Shown here in pieces: positions 30,938-42,400 of a DNA stretch of 64,000 bases. The DNA lies in the IMG/VR virus record IMGVR_UViG_3300020392_000008, positions 1-64,000 of that record. One strand, written 5' to 3'. Every line of letters starts with the position of its first letter. Positions within the stretch are counted from its first letter, which is position 1. The notes below the pieces were generated by a model. The model was not told where the DNA came from, did not search any database, and was given only the letters and a program-made list of their open reading frames with translations. The translations under genes were made by a program, and so were the position numbers. The stretch is from a virus.

Positions 30938-33900
30938 ATGCCAAAAAAAGTACAAAATTCATTACAAGACGTATTAAAAAGATTATCTGTCGATATAGAT
31001 AATATGACGTCCTTTTTACATAGTTTAAATAACATACTTATATCTAAATCAGATAATGTAGATGTTAGTCAAACTAAAGATGATGGATCAAAATATACCA
31101 TAACCGTTCCTTCATTTGGTTATATGAAAGGTAAAATAGAAGATATTAATAATAATTTTAATACTTTAATCAATAATAACGATGACGTAGTTGGTATAAA
31201 ATCAGAAAATGGAGATGTAAGAAAATTTGAATTACAAAAAGTATCTAGTTTAATAAACGATTTAGAAAGCATAGGAGATGTTTCTTTTACTGTACCCAGT
31301 GATTTTAGAGTTAAAAATAATTGGTTTTTTGAATCTTTTTTAAATCCATTATTATTTGTTAGCTTAGATATTAGTTCAATAATAACGGACGATATAAATA
31401 GATTTTCAGTAAAAAGACTAGTTATAAATTCAGTAGAAGATGATGATTTAGCTTATTTCGACACTAATTACAAAGGGGTAAATAATCTTGATTTAGAAAC
31501 AGTTATAAATGATTTAGAGTTAGAAGGAATAGATTATATAGAAGACGATAATATAGTTGATTTACCAACAGGCATAAATAGATATAGAGGAGACTTTGAC
31601 GTATTAAGAGTCTTAGAAGAAGAAATAATCGACACAACAACTGGATCAGAAGTATCGGTTGTAAGAAGAAGATATGTATTAAACTCTTTACAATATTCTG
31701 ATGTTTTATCAGAAACAGAAGGAACTAAAATATTAGCCGTAGGCGATAGATTAATAACAAATCAAGATTCAGAGTATGAAGTAACCTCGTTAAATGTAAC
31801 TTCCAACGAAGTTATTTTAGAATCAGTATTTGGAGTAGAACCTATAACAATAGGCGCTTCTGTTTTGAAAATAAAACCTAGCGTATATATTGTACCTGAA
31901 TTACAAGTAAACGTTGGATTCAATGAAAGAGAGATAATTTTCGCTAAACCTATAAGTAAAAAGAGAAACTTAACAGTTGATACTTATTCAAAAGGATTTG
32001 GAGTTTACACAAATGAATTAACTATACCTCTAGATGATGATAGCGAAAGCACACTAGAAGATTATTACAATAATTTTGTATCAGACTTTGGGCTAATACT
32101 TTTAAACTTAGCTAAAGAAAAAAAGGTACCCGCAATACTTGCTGAAAAACCAGATGCACCTGTTCTTGACTCAGGTAATTTTCAAGTTATTCAAATAGAT
32201 TCACATATAAAAGAAGCTGAAAATACTATACAGTTAAAATCTAAAATAAAAGAAAAAGAAGATGCTCTTTCTCAACAAAAAGAAACTGATAGAAAAATAA
32301 CTGAATTAAAATCAGAGATTACTACTAAAGTAAAAACAGCAGCTGAAAAGCAAAGAATTGAAAAAGAAATTAAGAAAAAAACAGAGGACAGAAAAGTATT
32401 ACAAGATAGAATATCTACCCTTGTTAGAGATGTTACATTAACCGTGGCCACTACACCTCAATTCGTTACATCATCTAAATATCAGGTTAGAGGTTTTTGG
32501 CAAATACCTGAAGCAAAGCCTAGTCAATACGGAATTCAAGAAGTAGTTCAATTTAAATATAGATTTAGATATCTTAGTAAAAAAGGAACTGCTCCTAATG
32601 CTACTCAAACTGAATTTGTTGAAAGTAATGGAACAAAGAAATTTGCGGTTTTTTCACCTTGGACAGAGAGAAATACTAAATCTAAAACTAGAACACTTAA
32701 TGAAGACACTGGTTTATACGATTGGTCTACTGAAAATGTTTCAGACGCGGATGCAATAAACATAAACCAATTAGCTGTAACTATTAGAAAAGGAGAAATT
32801 TTAGAATTGCAAGTAAAATCTATTTCTGAAGCAGGTTGGCCAGAAAACCCTGCTGAATCAGAATGGTCAGATTCTATTCAAATAGAATTTCCATCTGAAA
32901 TAGAATCAGAAGAAGAAGGAAGTGCAATTGCAACTAGATTTATAGCTGAAAAGTCTAGAATTGAATTTCAAGATGAATTAAATGCAAAAGGCTTAGATCT
33001 TCATTTAAACTCTCAATTTACAACAGGTGAAAGGTTTTTTGCCCATCAAGCTAAAGACATATCAAGTGGATTTTTTACAAACGAAGGAAATGTAGTTGAC
33101 CTATTTGAACAACTAAAGAATGTTCAAAATAGTTTAGAATCTTTACAGCAGGCCATTTCACTAGCTAAAGGAGTTATAAAGGTTTCTATTGTTTCTCCGG
33201 CAGGGGATAGTACAGAGGTAAAAAATGGACAAACCTTAGAATTATTTGCAGGTTTTTATAGGGACTTAATCAAAGATACGACCGGAGGTACAACTGTATA
33301 TAATGAAGGTAGAATTATTACATCTCAATATGTTTTATCTATAGAAAACTCATCAGCAACTCCTCTTGAACTTGTTTCTCTTTTAATGGGAGGAATAGAC
33401 GAAGTTGCTTCTCCATCAGACCCGGTGGCTAATCCAGATCAAGATTACCATGTTAATCGTAGATATGATTTACCATCATTGAGTGTTACTGAAATACAAG
33501 ATCAAGATCAGGCTAGTATAAAACAGCCCCCTGGAAATCAATCGGCACAGGTTAAGAGTCAATTTGTATACAGTAGATTTAAAGATTTTGGATTAACTAA
33601 TCCTTTGTATAACGAAGGCGGTCCCTTTGATAATAACCTTTATCTTTATTTAGGAAATTCTGTTTCTGGTCAAAACGTTCCATATAATGGAAATAGTTAT
33701 TTACCATATGATCCTACGTCTACTATTTATCCAAATGGAGGAAGTAATGGTAGTATATGGATAGGAACAACAGATTCAAGTGGAGCAGCCGATGGAGGAG
33801 GAACCTTAAGTGAATTTTGCATACACTCAGGGCATCCTTTCTTAGAAACATTAGGTAATAACTATGACATAACGTCTACGGCCACCTCAATGAATGATCT

Positions 33901-34483
33901 GTTTAAACCTGAATTTGCAGGAACGTCTCAATCTTATTATCCTTTTTCACATGGTCTTCATTTTGAAACATCTGAATCAGAGAATTCAAATGCTTTTAAT
34001 GCAAACTACAAAAATCAAGTAATCAGAAGAACGCCTGTGCTGCCTCCATCTGTTTCTATTCTACGAAAAGATGAAAATTATCCAACTAAACTAGGTTTTA
34101 CGCCAGATGATGAATATTTAGTAGGTAAATATACATGTGGAGCATATCTTTATCCATTTCCTCTTAATTATAGTGTTATTTCCGTAGATGGAAATCATCC
34201 TAGATTATCATACAAGGAAGTTGTTACAGGTTCATCTAATTCAATAAATGTACCTATATTGTTTCAATTCAGATGTTCAGATAAATTAGGAAATGTTGGA
34301 GGTTTTAGAAATTCAGGAGCACTTACTAACGTAAAATATTCTAAAAAAATAGGGATAGATATTTATATAAAAGACGATGTTCCTTTTTCTTTTGATTTAC
34401 AGGTAGATTGTCAGTATAAAAAAGTAACAAGTTTAGATGCTCCAGTAATTCCAGCAAGTGGTCTTTCTAGTGCTTCTTTTTAG
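30938..34483 (+). CDS. Virion structural protein (coiled coil plus FN3/Ig-like segments)
   Basis: 1181-aa ORF; K/E-rich coiled coil; ELQVKSISEAGWP..SEWS. Confidence 0.6.
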   Translation: MPKKVQNSLQDVLKRLSVDIDNMTSFLHSLNNILISKSDNVDVSQTKDDGSKYTITVPSFGYMKGKIEDINNNFNTLINNNDDVVGIKSENGDVRKFELQKVSSLINDLESIGDVSFTVPSDFRVKNNWFFESFLNPLLFVSLDISSIITDDINRFSVKRLVINSVEDDDLAYFDTNYKGVNNLDLETVINDLELEGIDYIEDDNIVDLPTGINRYRGDFDVLRVLEEEIIDTTTGSEVSVVRRRYVLNSLQYSDVLSETEGTKILAVGDRLITNQDSEYEVTSLNVTSNEVILESVFGVEPITIGASVLKIKPSVYIVPELQVNVGFNEREIIFAKPISKKRNLTVDTYSKGFGVYTNELTIPLDDDSESTLEDYYNNFVSDFGLILLNLAKEKKVPAILAEKPDAPVLDSGNFQVIQIDSHIKEAENTIQLKSKIKEKEDALSQQKETDRKITELKSEITTKVKTAAEKQRIEKEIKKKTEDRKVLQDRISTLVRDVTLTVATTPQFVTSSKYQVRGFWQIPEAKPSQYGIQEVVQFKYRFRYLSKKGTAPNATQTEFVESNGTKKFAVFSPWTERNTKSKTRTLNEDTGLYDWSTENVSDADAININQLAVTIRKGEILELQVKSISEAGWPENPAESEWSDSIQIEFPSEIESEEEGSAIATRFIAEKSRIEFQDELNAKGLDLHLNSQFTTGERFFAHQAKDISSGFFTNEGNVVDLFEQLKNVQNSLESLQQAISLAKGVIKVSIVSPAGDSTEVKNGQTLELFAGFYRDLIKDTTGGTTVYNEGRIITSQYVLSIENSSATPLELVSLLMGGIDEVASPSDPVANPDQDYHVNRRYDLPSLSVTEIQDQDQASIKQPPGNQSAQVKSQFVYSRFKDFGLTNPLYNEGGPFDNNLYLYLGNSVSGQNVPYNGNSYLPYDPTSTIYPNGGSNGSIWIGTTDSSGAADGGGTLSEFCIHSGHPFLETLGNNYDITSTATSMNDLFKPEFAGTSQSYYPFSHGLHFETSESENSNAFNANYKNQVIRRTPVLPPSVSILRKDENYPTKLGFTPDDEYLVGKYTCGAYLYPFPLNYSVISVDGNHPRLSYKEVVTGSSNSINVPILFQFRCSDKLGNVGGFRNSGALTNVKYSKKIGIDIYIKDDVPFSFDLQVDCQYKKVTSLDAPVIPASGLSSASF

Positions 34484-34489
34484 CATTAA

Positions 34490-37400
34490 ATGAGAAACAT
34501 AGAATATAATAAAATATTAAACGATACTACTAGTTTTCAATTAGTTAGAACCAATCCTAAATTAACTTCAAATGTAAAACTAACTATCAACCAGCATGAT
34601 GAAATGTGGTTAGATTCAATAGAAGTTTCTTCAGAGTTAGCAGATGATAAATATAAAAGATTTAGAGTAAACCCAGAGGTTTCACACCCTGCGAATCTTT
34701 ATAATTTTTATGATAGTGGAAAAACCCCTAATGAAATAGCATTTTCATTGTCTGAGAACGTGTCAACTGTAAAAACATCAAAGGATTATAAAGACCAATA
34801 TGACTTCTCTGAATATTTTAGCGGAGCTAGATATTTTCCATCAAAACAATATACTGAAAGGCTATCTTACTTTGCGCCTATTTACCTAAAGCAGGATTTA
34901 CCTGAATATTTTGTTATATTTAAAATTGAAAATCCCCTAAACTATAGAATAGACGATTCTGAATCAAGCTACCCTTTTGAAAAAGGTCAGTATATTATAG
35001 ATATGTTAAAAAAATCTACTATAATAAAAACATATGATCTAACAGAATCAAGTAAAGTAGGATCATATTTAAGAAAACATGTGTCAGACCCTAGTTTTCC
35101 AAAAGGAGGCTTAACAGTTGACTATAATAAAGACACTTTTACTAAATTTAATGGTATTCTTATAGATTCAGGAGCATTTGGAAGTAGAAGTGAATTGTTA
35201 TCTGATTTTTATTCTTCTTCTACTCCTCTAAAACATTTTGAGCAGTTTATAACTAAAGGATACGAAAGAAATGGGGTTATTTACCCCAATATTATGAATA
35301 TTGAATTTATATTCGATGACGAAACATCTGAATATTATGATTTTAATAGATACCTTGGGGTTTACATAAATAAAGTTGAATTAGATAAAATATCGGCTGA
35401 CATAGATAGAGTTTATAATAAAAGGGCAACTTGGTTGAACACACCTAGACTTAGAAGAAATGTAAAAGAATACGAAGAAGTAGCAGTTATTCAAAAAAAC
35501 CCAAACGGTGTTATTTTTCCATATAAACAAACTCAATTAAAAATGTCAGAATTTAATGATTCATACTCAACTAATGACAAGTTATATATGAATTATATAA
35601 ATGATAAACATGGAAATTTATATTCATTTAAACTTAATAATAACCCTATAATAGAAGACATAGATTCCTCGTCAAATGAGTTAACTACGGGTAAAATAAA
35701 ACTATCTAAAAAAGAAATTAATTTAGGAGACTTCTTTGGACCCGGTAGAGATTTTTTACAGGACGAAGCTTTTTCAACAAATAACCCGGGTTATTCAAAT
35801 TCTTATTTAAAAATATTATCCGAATTAAAAAATGGAGATGTTATTAAATTTTACCACCCAACAGGAACTAAACAAGATTCGAGCGGTAAATATGATGACA
35901 TAATAGCTACAGTAGGATACTCGCTAGTCCCTAACTCGGGAGATTTTTATTTTTATAACGACATAGATAATGTAGTAGGTCATGATACTTTTTATTTTAA
36001 TGCGACAGGGCTTCCTAACGAAATAGCGAGCGCTATTAAAGGTTGCTTAGATAATATTAGAAGTAGAACGTTTAGAATTACTTTAATAGATGAATATCTG
36101 TTTATAAGATCCTCTTCATATGGAAATTATGACGACAGATATGGGCTAGAATATCAATCTCCTTCTTTAGATTATTCAAATATTGAAATAGCAAAAAAAT
36201 TAGGAAATGATTTAATAGGGAATATTTTTAGATTTGAAGGCGGTTCTTCTTTTTCAGGGAATAGAATAATAATGAAAGCCGACCAAAGACAGCGGCTGGA
36301 AGAAAATATTAACGATGTAATAGTAAAAACAGAAAACGGATGGTCTAAAATAAAGAAAATATCTAATTATATAGACACTATTGAAAAAGGTTATCACGAT
36401 TATTTTGATAAAATATCTATTTTATTAGAATTAGAAGAAAAACCTTTTATAAGATTTGGAGAAGTTATAACTAAATTAATACACAGACCTTCTTTTGGTC
36501 TACTGTCTTTTTTACCCATTAGAGATTTTGATTTTGATTTTTATTCTAGTAAATATTTAAATTTTCCTATAAATGACTTATATCAATTTTATTACATTCC
36601 CGATGATACTAATATATTAGAGGAAGGTATTTCTTATCAAGTATATGGAAATGGTAAAATACAATGGAATGGTAATTCATATTCATCGCCCGATGTGTTT
36701 CAACCTGGACCAGGAGATGAATTGTTTTATACGGTTTCATCAGGGGATCCTATTGTTTCTTTTGCAAACGTAAATTTAAATGGAAACGCAGGGTCTTCTA
36801 TTATTCCATATAACGATGAAAACAAAGAAATAAAAGATTTTGAAGGATTTTTCTTACTAAAAGATCCTTCTAAAGTTACGCCAGAAGAAGACAACGAAGT
36901 ATTTAAAAGAAAACAAAAATATTTAAATGGAGCTACTCAAACGGAGTATGATTATTATAAAGAAAATTTTACAAAGGATTTTTCTTTAGAATCAAAACTT
37001 ATTCCGTATATAACTAAATGGTCGTTATTAAATGGTAAAGATTCTAGAAATAATCCTTATAGACTTAATAATGAATTGGCCTTTGGATTTAATAACTTTT
37101 CACCTAGTCATGATGATACTACTCAAAATCCATCTAATTTTACTCATGAATGGTTTTACTTAGAATCAAAGTTTAACTATACTGAAGATAAAAAAACAGT
37201 TACGTTAAACAATAGTTATTTTGATATTCCATTAGATGAAAATAAGCTTTTGAATGAAGAAGATTATTTTATAAAATATTTTACATATACGCCTACACTT
37301 AACTCAATAGAAGTGGGTGAAACTCAAACGAGATATTCTATAATAACTAAAAATCAAGTTAATCAATTTGAAACATTTTTAAAAGGTTTTAAACTAAATT

Positions 37401-39463
37401 TTAAAGATGTAATAAATGAAAACGATATAGGACCAGATGGAAAGCCAGTCGCTAGCCAAAATACTACTAGATTTGAAAATTATAAATTTTCTTGTATACT
37501 AAAAACTTTTAAAGAAGATATTAATTCAGACGATAAGGCCCCTATTAAATATAGGGTTGTAGAACATAAAGACTTTAAATTTATATTAGTTATTATAGAA
37601 CTACGAATAGGTAGTGAAGATGAAATACATGATTTTTGGAAAGAATTGAGCCTTCAACCTTCTCCCGCAGTGTTTAACGTAAACAGGTCAAACTTTTTAG
37701 ACTTAGACCCAAGTGGCTTTTACGAATTATATGACACCATAAATGGTGATTATAGAATAAAATTTAAAACTGATTTGTCTACTAACTTAGATATTTCTAA
37801 TATAACTTACTCATTGCTTTATTCTTTAAAGCATAAAAAAGTAAATAACTTTATTGATAATTATTCTAACATAAAACTTACTCCTAAATTAGATTTAAGT
37901 TCAAGTGGAGCTTTTTTATCAGGTGGAAATGAGATAGAAAAAATAGAAAATATAAACGCTTCTAATTATCCCCAATCTATATCTGATGAATTATCAACAT
38001 CTACCTTAAATCTAAATACTTTTATAATTCCTAGGTTTAAAATCATAAATAAAGACTATTTTATTAGAAGCAACTCTTTTCCTAATGATTCAAACCCATT
38101 TATAGCTTCGTTTGATGAAGGTTTAATATGCGAAGAACCGGCAGCTAGGATATATGATGGAGTTCAATATATAAGTAATATTCCAACAGGCACCTTCGCT
38201 GCATATCAGCTGCAATATACTTTTAAAGCAATGGTATCTGGAGCTAATTATTATGAAAAAATAATTGAAAAATTATCATTTGCTAGGTTTAAACAATATG
38301 TAAATGAGTTAAATTCATTTATTGAATACGAAAGCTGGAAAATAAATAGCTTAGGCCAGGCTCAACAGTTGGCTTTGCCTAATTATTACATAGAAATACC
38401 TGATAACGAAAGTATAATTAAAAAACAAGGACTAGCTGCTTTAATAGATAGTAACAGGCCTTCTAATTTTTCATTTATTAACGATATAGGTTATAATTAC
38501 TTTACATCAAATTTAGATAATACATATGAAATAAACAGATATAAAGGAACATATGAACCTATCTTTACAGATGTTATATTCTTTAATTCAAAATATATTT
38601 TTGATCAAACTAAAAATAATATTAAAGAAATAGATTTAGCCAATATATCGCTTAATGTTAATATAGATTCATTCGGTACAATTGAAAACTTTAGTCACAT
38701 AAAAATATCACCTACTAAAATACTAGATTTAGAAGCAGATGATTCATTTGAACCTAGATATGAATTAATAGACGAAATAGCTATTTCTAAAAAACCCTAT
38801 TTTTTATTTGGTTCAAATTGGGAATTTGGATATCACCACAAGTACAAAGATAAATCTAATTCAAAACCTGCTGCAGGGACTTTAAGAATAGAAGAAGATG
38901 ATTCCTTTATAGGTAAACTAATTAACTTACCCAATGAAGTTGATTTAGAAAACTTCAATATTCTTGAATTAAGCGAACTTGAGCTTTTAGAAAACGTAAA
39001 CTTAGATCAAATAGAAATTGTTTCAAAAGAAACCTCTACTGGCATAGAAGGTTATATAAATCTAAATAATATTTTATCAAGATATTTTATAGAAAATGGT
39101 ATATCTAATAGTTTTTATCAATATTTAGTAAATCAAGAAAAATACATAGGTTCTTTTGAATCAATAGACAAATACATAGAGCAATATATTAAATTAAACA
39201 TATTAAAACTTTATGAAACCAAAGAACTGTTTTTTTATACAAAACAAGATAGAACATTAAAGTCAAAACTGCAAACACCTATCAATTCAAATAATATTGA
39301 ATTTATTTCATTGAATGACAATCAACGCAATGAACAGGGGTTTTTTATTAATAAAAATTTAGAGATAAATAAATATGAAAGATTAATATTGAGTTTTAGC
39401 TTTAATAAAAATAATGAGAGTGGAACACTGGTTAGTCCAAAAATTAAAATGAAATTTATTTAA
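34490..39463 (+). CDS. Very large virion structural protein (baseplate region)
   Basis: 1657-aa ORF in the late operon before the tail fibre gene. Confidence 0.6.
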   Translation: MRNIEYNKILNDTTSFQLVRTNPKLTSNVKLTINQHDEMWLDSIEVSSELADDKYKRFRVNPEVSHPANLYNFYDSGKTPNEIAFSLSENVSTVKTSKDYKDQYDFSEYFSGARYFPSKQYTERLSYFAPIYLKQDLPEYFVIFKIENPLNYRIDDSESSYPFEKGQYIIDMLKKSTIIKTYDLTESSKVGSYLRKHVSDPSFPKGGLTVDYNKDTFTKFNGILIDSGAFGSRSELLSDFYSSSTPLKHFEQFITKGYERNGVIYPNIMNIEFIFDDETSEYYDFNRYLGVYINKVELDKISADIDRVYNKRATWLNTPRLRRNVKEYEEVAVIQKNPNGVIFPYKQTQLKMSEFNDSYSTNDKLYMNYINDKHGNLYSFKLNNNPIIEDIDSSSNELTTGKIKLSKKEINLGDFFGPGRDFLQDEAFSTNNPGYSNSYLKILSELKNGDVIKFYHPTGTKQDSSGKYDDIIATVGYSLVPNSGDFYFYNDIDNVVGHDTFYFNATGLPNEIASAIKGCLDNIRSRTFRITLIDEYLFIRSSSYGNYDDRYGLEYQSPSLDYSNIEIAKKLGNDLIGNIFRFEGGSSFSGNRIIMKADQRQRLEENINDVIVKTENGWSKIKKISNYIDTIEKGYHDYFDKISILLELEEKPFIRFGEVITKLIHRPSFGLLSFLPIRDFDFDFYSSKYLNFPINDLYQFYYIPDDTNILEEGISYQVYGNGKIQWNGNSYSSPDVFQPGPGDELFYTVSSGDPIVSFANVNLNGNAGSSIIPYNDENKEIKDFEGFFLLKDPSKVTPEEDNEVFKRKQKYLNGATQTEYDYYKENFTKDFSLESKLIPYITKWSLLNGKDSRNNPYRLNNELAFGFNNFSPSHDDTTQNPSNFTHEWFYLESKFNYTEDKKTVTLNNSYFDIPLDENKLLNEEDYFIKYFTYTPTLNSIEVGETQTRYSIITKNQVNQFETFLKGFKLNFKDVINENDIGPDGKPVASQNTTRFENYKFSCILKTFKEDINSDDKAPIKYRVVEHKDFKFILVIIELRIGSEDEIHDFWKELSLQPSPAVFNVNRSNFLDLDPSGFYELYDTINGDYRIKFKTDLSTNLDISNITYSLLYSLKHKKVNNFIDNYSNIKLTPKLDLSSSGAFLSGGNEIEKIENINASNYPQSISDELSTSTLNLNTFIIPRFKIINKDYFIRSNSFPNDSNPFIASFDEGLICEEPAARIYDGVQYISNIPTGTFAAYQLQYTFKAMVSGANYYEKIIEKLSFARFKQYVNELNSFIEYESWKINSLGQAQQLALPNYYIEIPDNESIIKKQGLAALIDSNRPSNFSFINDIGYNYFTSNLDNTYEINRYKGTYEPIFTDVIFFNSKYIFDQTKNNIKEIDLANISLNVNIDSFGTIENFSHIKISPTKILDLEADDSFEPRYELIDEIAISKKPYFLFGSNWEFGYHHKYKDKSNSKPAAGTLRIEEDDSFIGKLINLPNEVDLENFNILELSELELLENVNLDQIEIVSKETSTGIEGYINLNNILSRYFIENGISNSFYQYLVNQEKYIGSFESIDKYIEQYIKLNILKLYETKELFFYTKQDRTLKSKLQTPINSNNIEFISLNDNQRNEQGFFINKNLEINKYERLILSFSFNKNNESGTLVSPKIKMKFI

Positions 39464-39465
39464 AC

Positions 39466-42400
39466 ATGGCAGTCATTATAAATCTTAAAGAACTATTTGC
39501 ATCTGACGCACAAGAAATGTACGTTGATAAGGTAAATTTTAACTTTAACAAACTTTTAGAATTAGGAATAGGACAGCCTGGGCCTCAAGGTATAACTGGT
39601 CCATTAGGATCAGCCGGCCCTATTGGTGTACAAGGCGTACCCGGTGAAAGGGGAAATAAGTGGTACACTGGAACCGGTGCACCGTCAGGTCAAACTTTTA
39701 CCGGATTATTATTAAATGATTTTTATTTAGACACTTCTACTAATAGTATATACCAATATCAAGGTTCACCTGCATCCTGGATACAAATATCAGACTTTAG
39801 CTCAATAGTAAATGGTATAATAAACAGTTCAGGAACTCCCTTTGTTAGAGGTTTTGGAGAAACTAGCCCTGATGATCAGCGATACATAACCTTTACTAGA
39901 CATGGTAATGATTTAACAGATCAAATTTTAGATATTACCCTAGGTAACCCTTCTTCCAATGACATTTTCTTATTAAATAATTGGAATGAAAAACATTTAC
40001 AAGGTGGAATATTAAATTTTCCAAATAACACTGATGAAGAGTTTAATGCAATACAGCATATTTCAGTTGATCATAGCAGCGGTACTGCAACAGGTAGATA
40101 TCACTTAGAATTCGGTTCAATTTATAAAGATTCAAATTCAGATAATTTAATAAGTAATTTATACAATAATCTTAAAATACGATATGTAAAACAAGTTCAA
40201 ACGCCTAGTTATTATTCTAACTCTAATGAAACTATTAATCTGGCAAAAATATCACTAGGACTACCTGAATCTGTGGTTGACCTCAATGCCAATACTACTC
40301 AACAAGGTATATTTTTATTAGATACTCCCCTCTATAACATAGAGGATTCTGCTAATCCAGTAAAAGGAAAATTAAAAGTTAATATTGGAACAACTGAACC
40401 TATAAAAGAAATTAGTCAACTAGCTACCCCTGTAGATGGTATTGAAATTAACACAAATGATTTAACAGGTAGAAATGATTCAGTTGCAATAGGTCTTCTT
40501 AGAAAAGAAAATCACCCAAATTGGACTTTACCATTTGGAATAGATGGAACATTGTATACTATTACTAAATCAAACAGCGTAGGAGCAACTATTATAGAAG
40601 GAGATACCTACAGTTACGATGGTTCACTAAACTATATGCACACTGAAAGTAAGGTAAGAAGCAATGAAAATTTAAGAATGCTTCCTTATCAAAATTCAAA
40701 TATACAAGGTTGGCAGGGTATAGTTAGTGATGGTAAATACCTGTTAGCAGTTTCACCCGGAAACAAAAATCAACAAATTTATACGGACAACGGTAGTTTA
40801 CTTATATATGATGTAACAAATCCAGACGACCCTATTTTAATAAAAGAATATGAAACATCTTCATCTACAAATGGAAATACACCCGCGCCTAGTGAAGAAT
40901 ATGATATTCATGGAACCCCATCAGGTAATGGACCAATTCCAGGTTATCCTAGTTCAAGTAATGGGCAATTCTTAGATCTCCCATTAACTGGTGCAAGAGA
41001 TGTAGCGTTTAAAGGAGATTATGGATATATTGTTAGAAGAAAACCTGATCCAGGTAACGTAGTACCTCCTCCTGGAGTAAATCAGTTTACGGATTCTTTT
41101 TTAGTTTTTAATTTAGGATCAGATTTAAATTTCCCTAAAATAGTTTCTTGGTTAGGTACAAATAATACTTTTTCTCCAGGTTCTTCAAAAATGGATAAAT
41201 TGAGAAGAGTTAAAACATTTGGAAATTGGGCAATGTGTATAACAGACTCAGAATCAGTAAATGCTGACTCATATCTTTTAGCTGTTGATGTATCAAATCC
41301 AAAGGCTCCTATTTTTAATAATAGTAATAGTCATCATACTTTTTCAGGTAGACACATAGACTTTGATATAGATAATGAAGTAGCATATATTTTATCTATA
41401 GAAAACACAGGTGGTACTCAAGAAAATTCAATTTTAACAAAAGTTGGTTTAACAGATCCATTTTATTTAAATACCGCGGTTTCGACGAGTTTAAATATGA
41501 CATTAAATACGCCTATTCCTGCTAATTTAAAAGATATTGGAGGAATAAAAGCTGTTGGTAAAAAAGTATATACTGTTCATGGTAATAGATTTTTTATATA
41601 CAACAGTGGTGAAAGGTTAACAACCACTCCTATTCAACTAAGCAATACATATTTACCTCAGGATCATTATGGAACAGATGTAGATGTTGTTGGAAATTAC
41701 GCTTACATATATGCAACTAATGATATTACAAAGAGTTCATGCATACTTATATACGATATAAGTGACATATACTCCCCAGTATTACTTGATCCAATAACGT
41801 ATTTTGGAAGCGGATCTGGTAAAAGTTTAGGAAGTAAATTCACAACTGTTGGAAATAGAATTTATACAGTTTCAGCTAGACATGATGATGGGCAAGGAAA
41901 TTTAAGTCCTTCAGGAGTTAATTCAATTCATATAGGAGGAATTAGTTCTCCGTCTGCTAATTTAGCTAAAATAAGCGCTTCTGAAATAAATGTATCTAAA
42001 AAAATAAATATATCTAATGACCTAGATGTAGGAAATTCTATTTCAGTTGGTTCTGGAGGAATTAATGTAAATGGAGACGCAGGTATTTCAACAAGCACTA
42101 TTATAGCCAAGCCTCAGCTATTGAGAAAAAATCAATCATTACCGCTAGCTCTAGGCTCTAAATCTTGGATGCACAAACTTAACCCAGGTAATCTTGCATA
42201 TGCAACAGCAATATGGGGTAATCAGATTTTATTAGAAGATATTGATGTAAGTTCTATTACTTTTAACGCATTTGATCTTCCAAAGGTAGCTGGTTTAGTT
42301 ATTAACATAAATAATGTAAATACATATAATTACCCTGGATCAAGTTCACTAGGCTCTTTTGTATATGGAATAAGACAGGACCAGGATTCTCAAACAACTT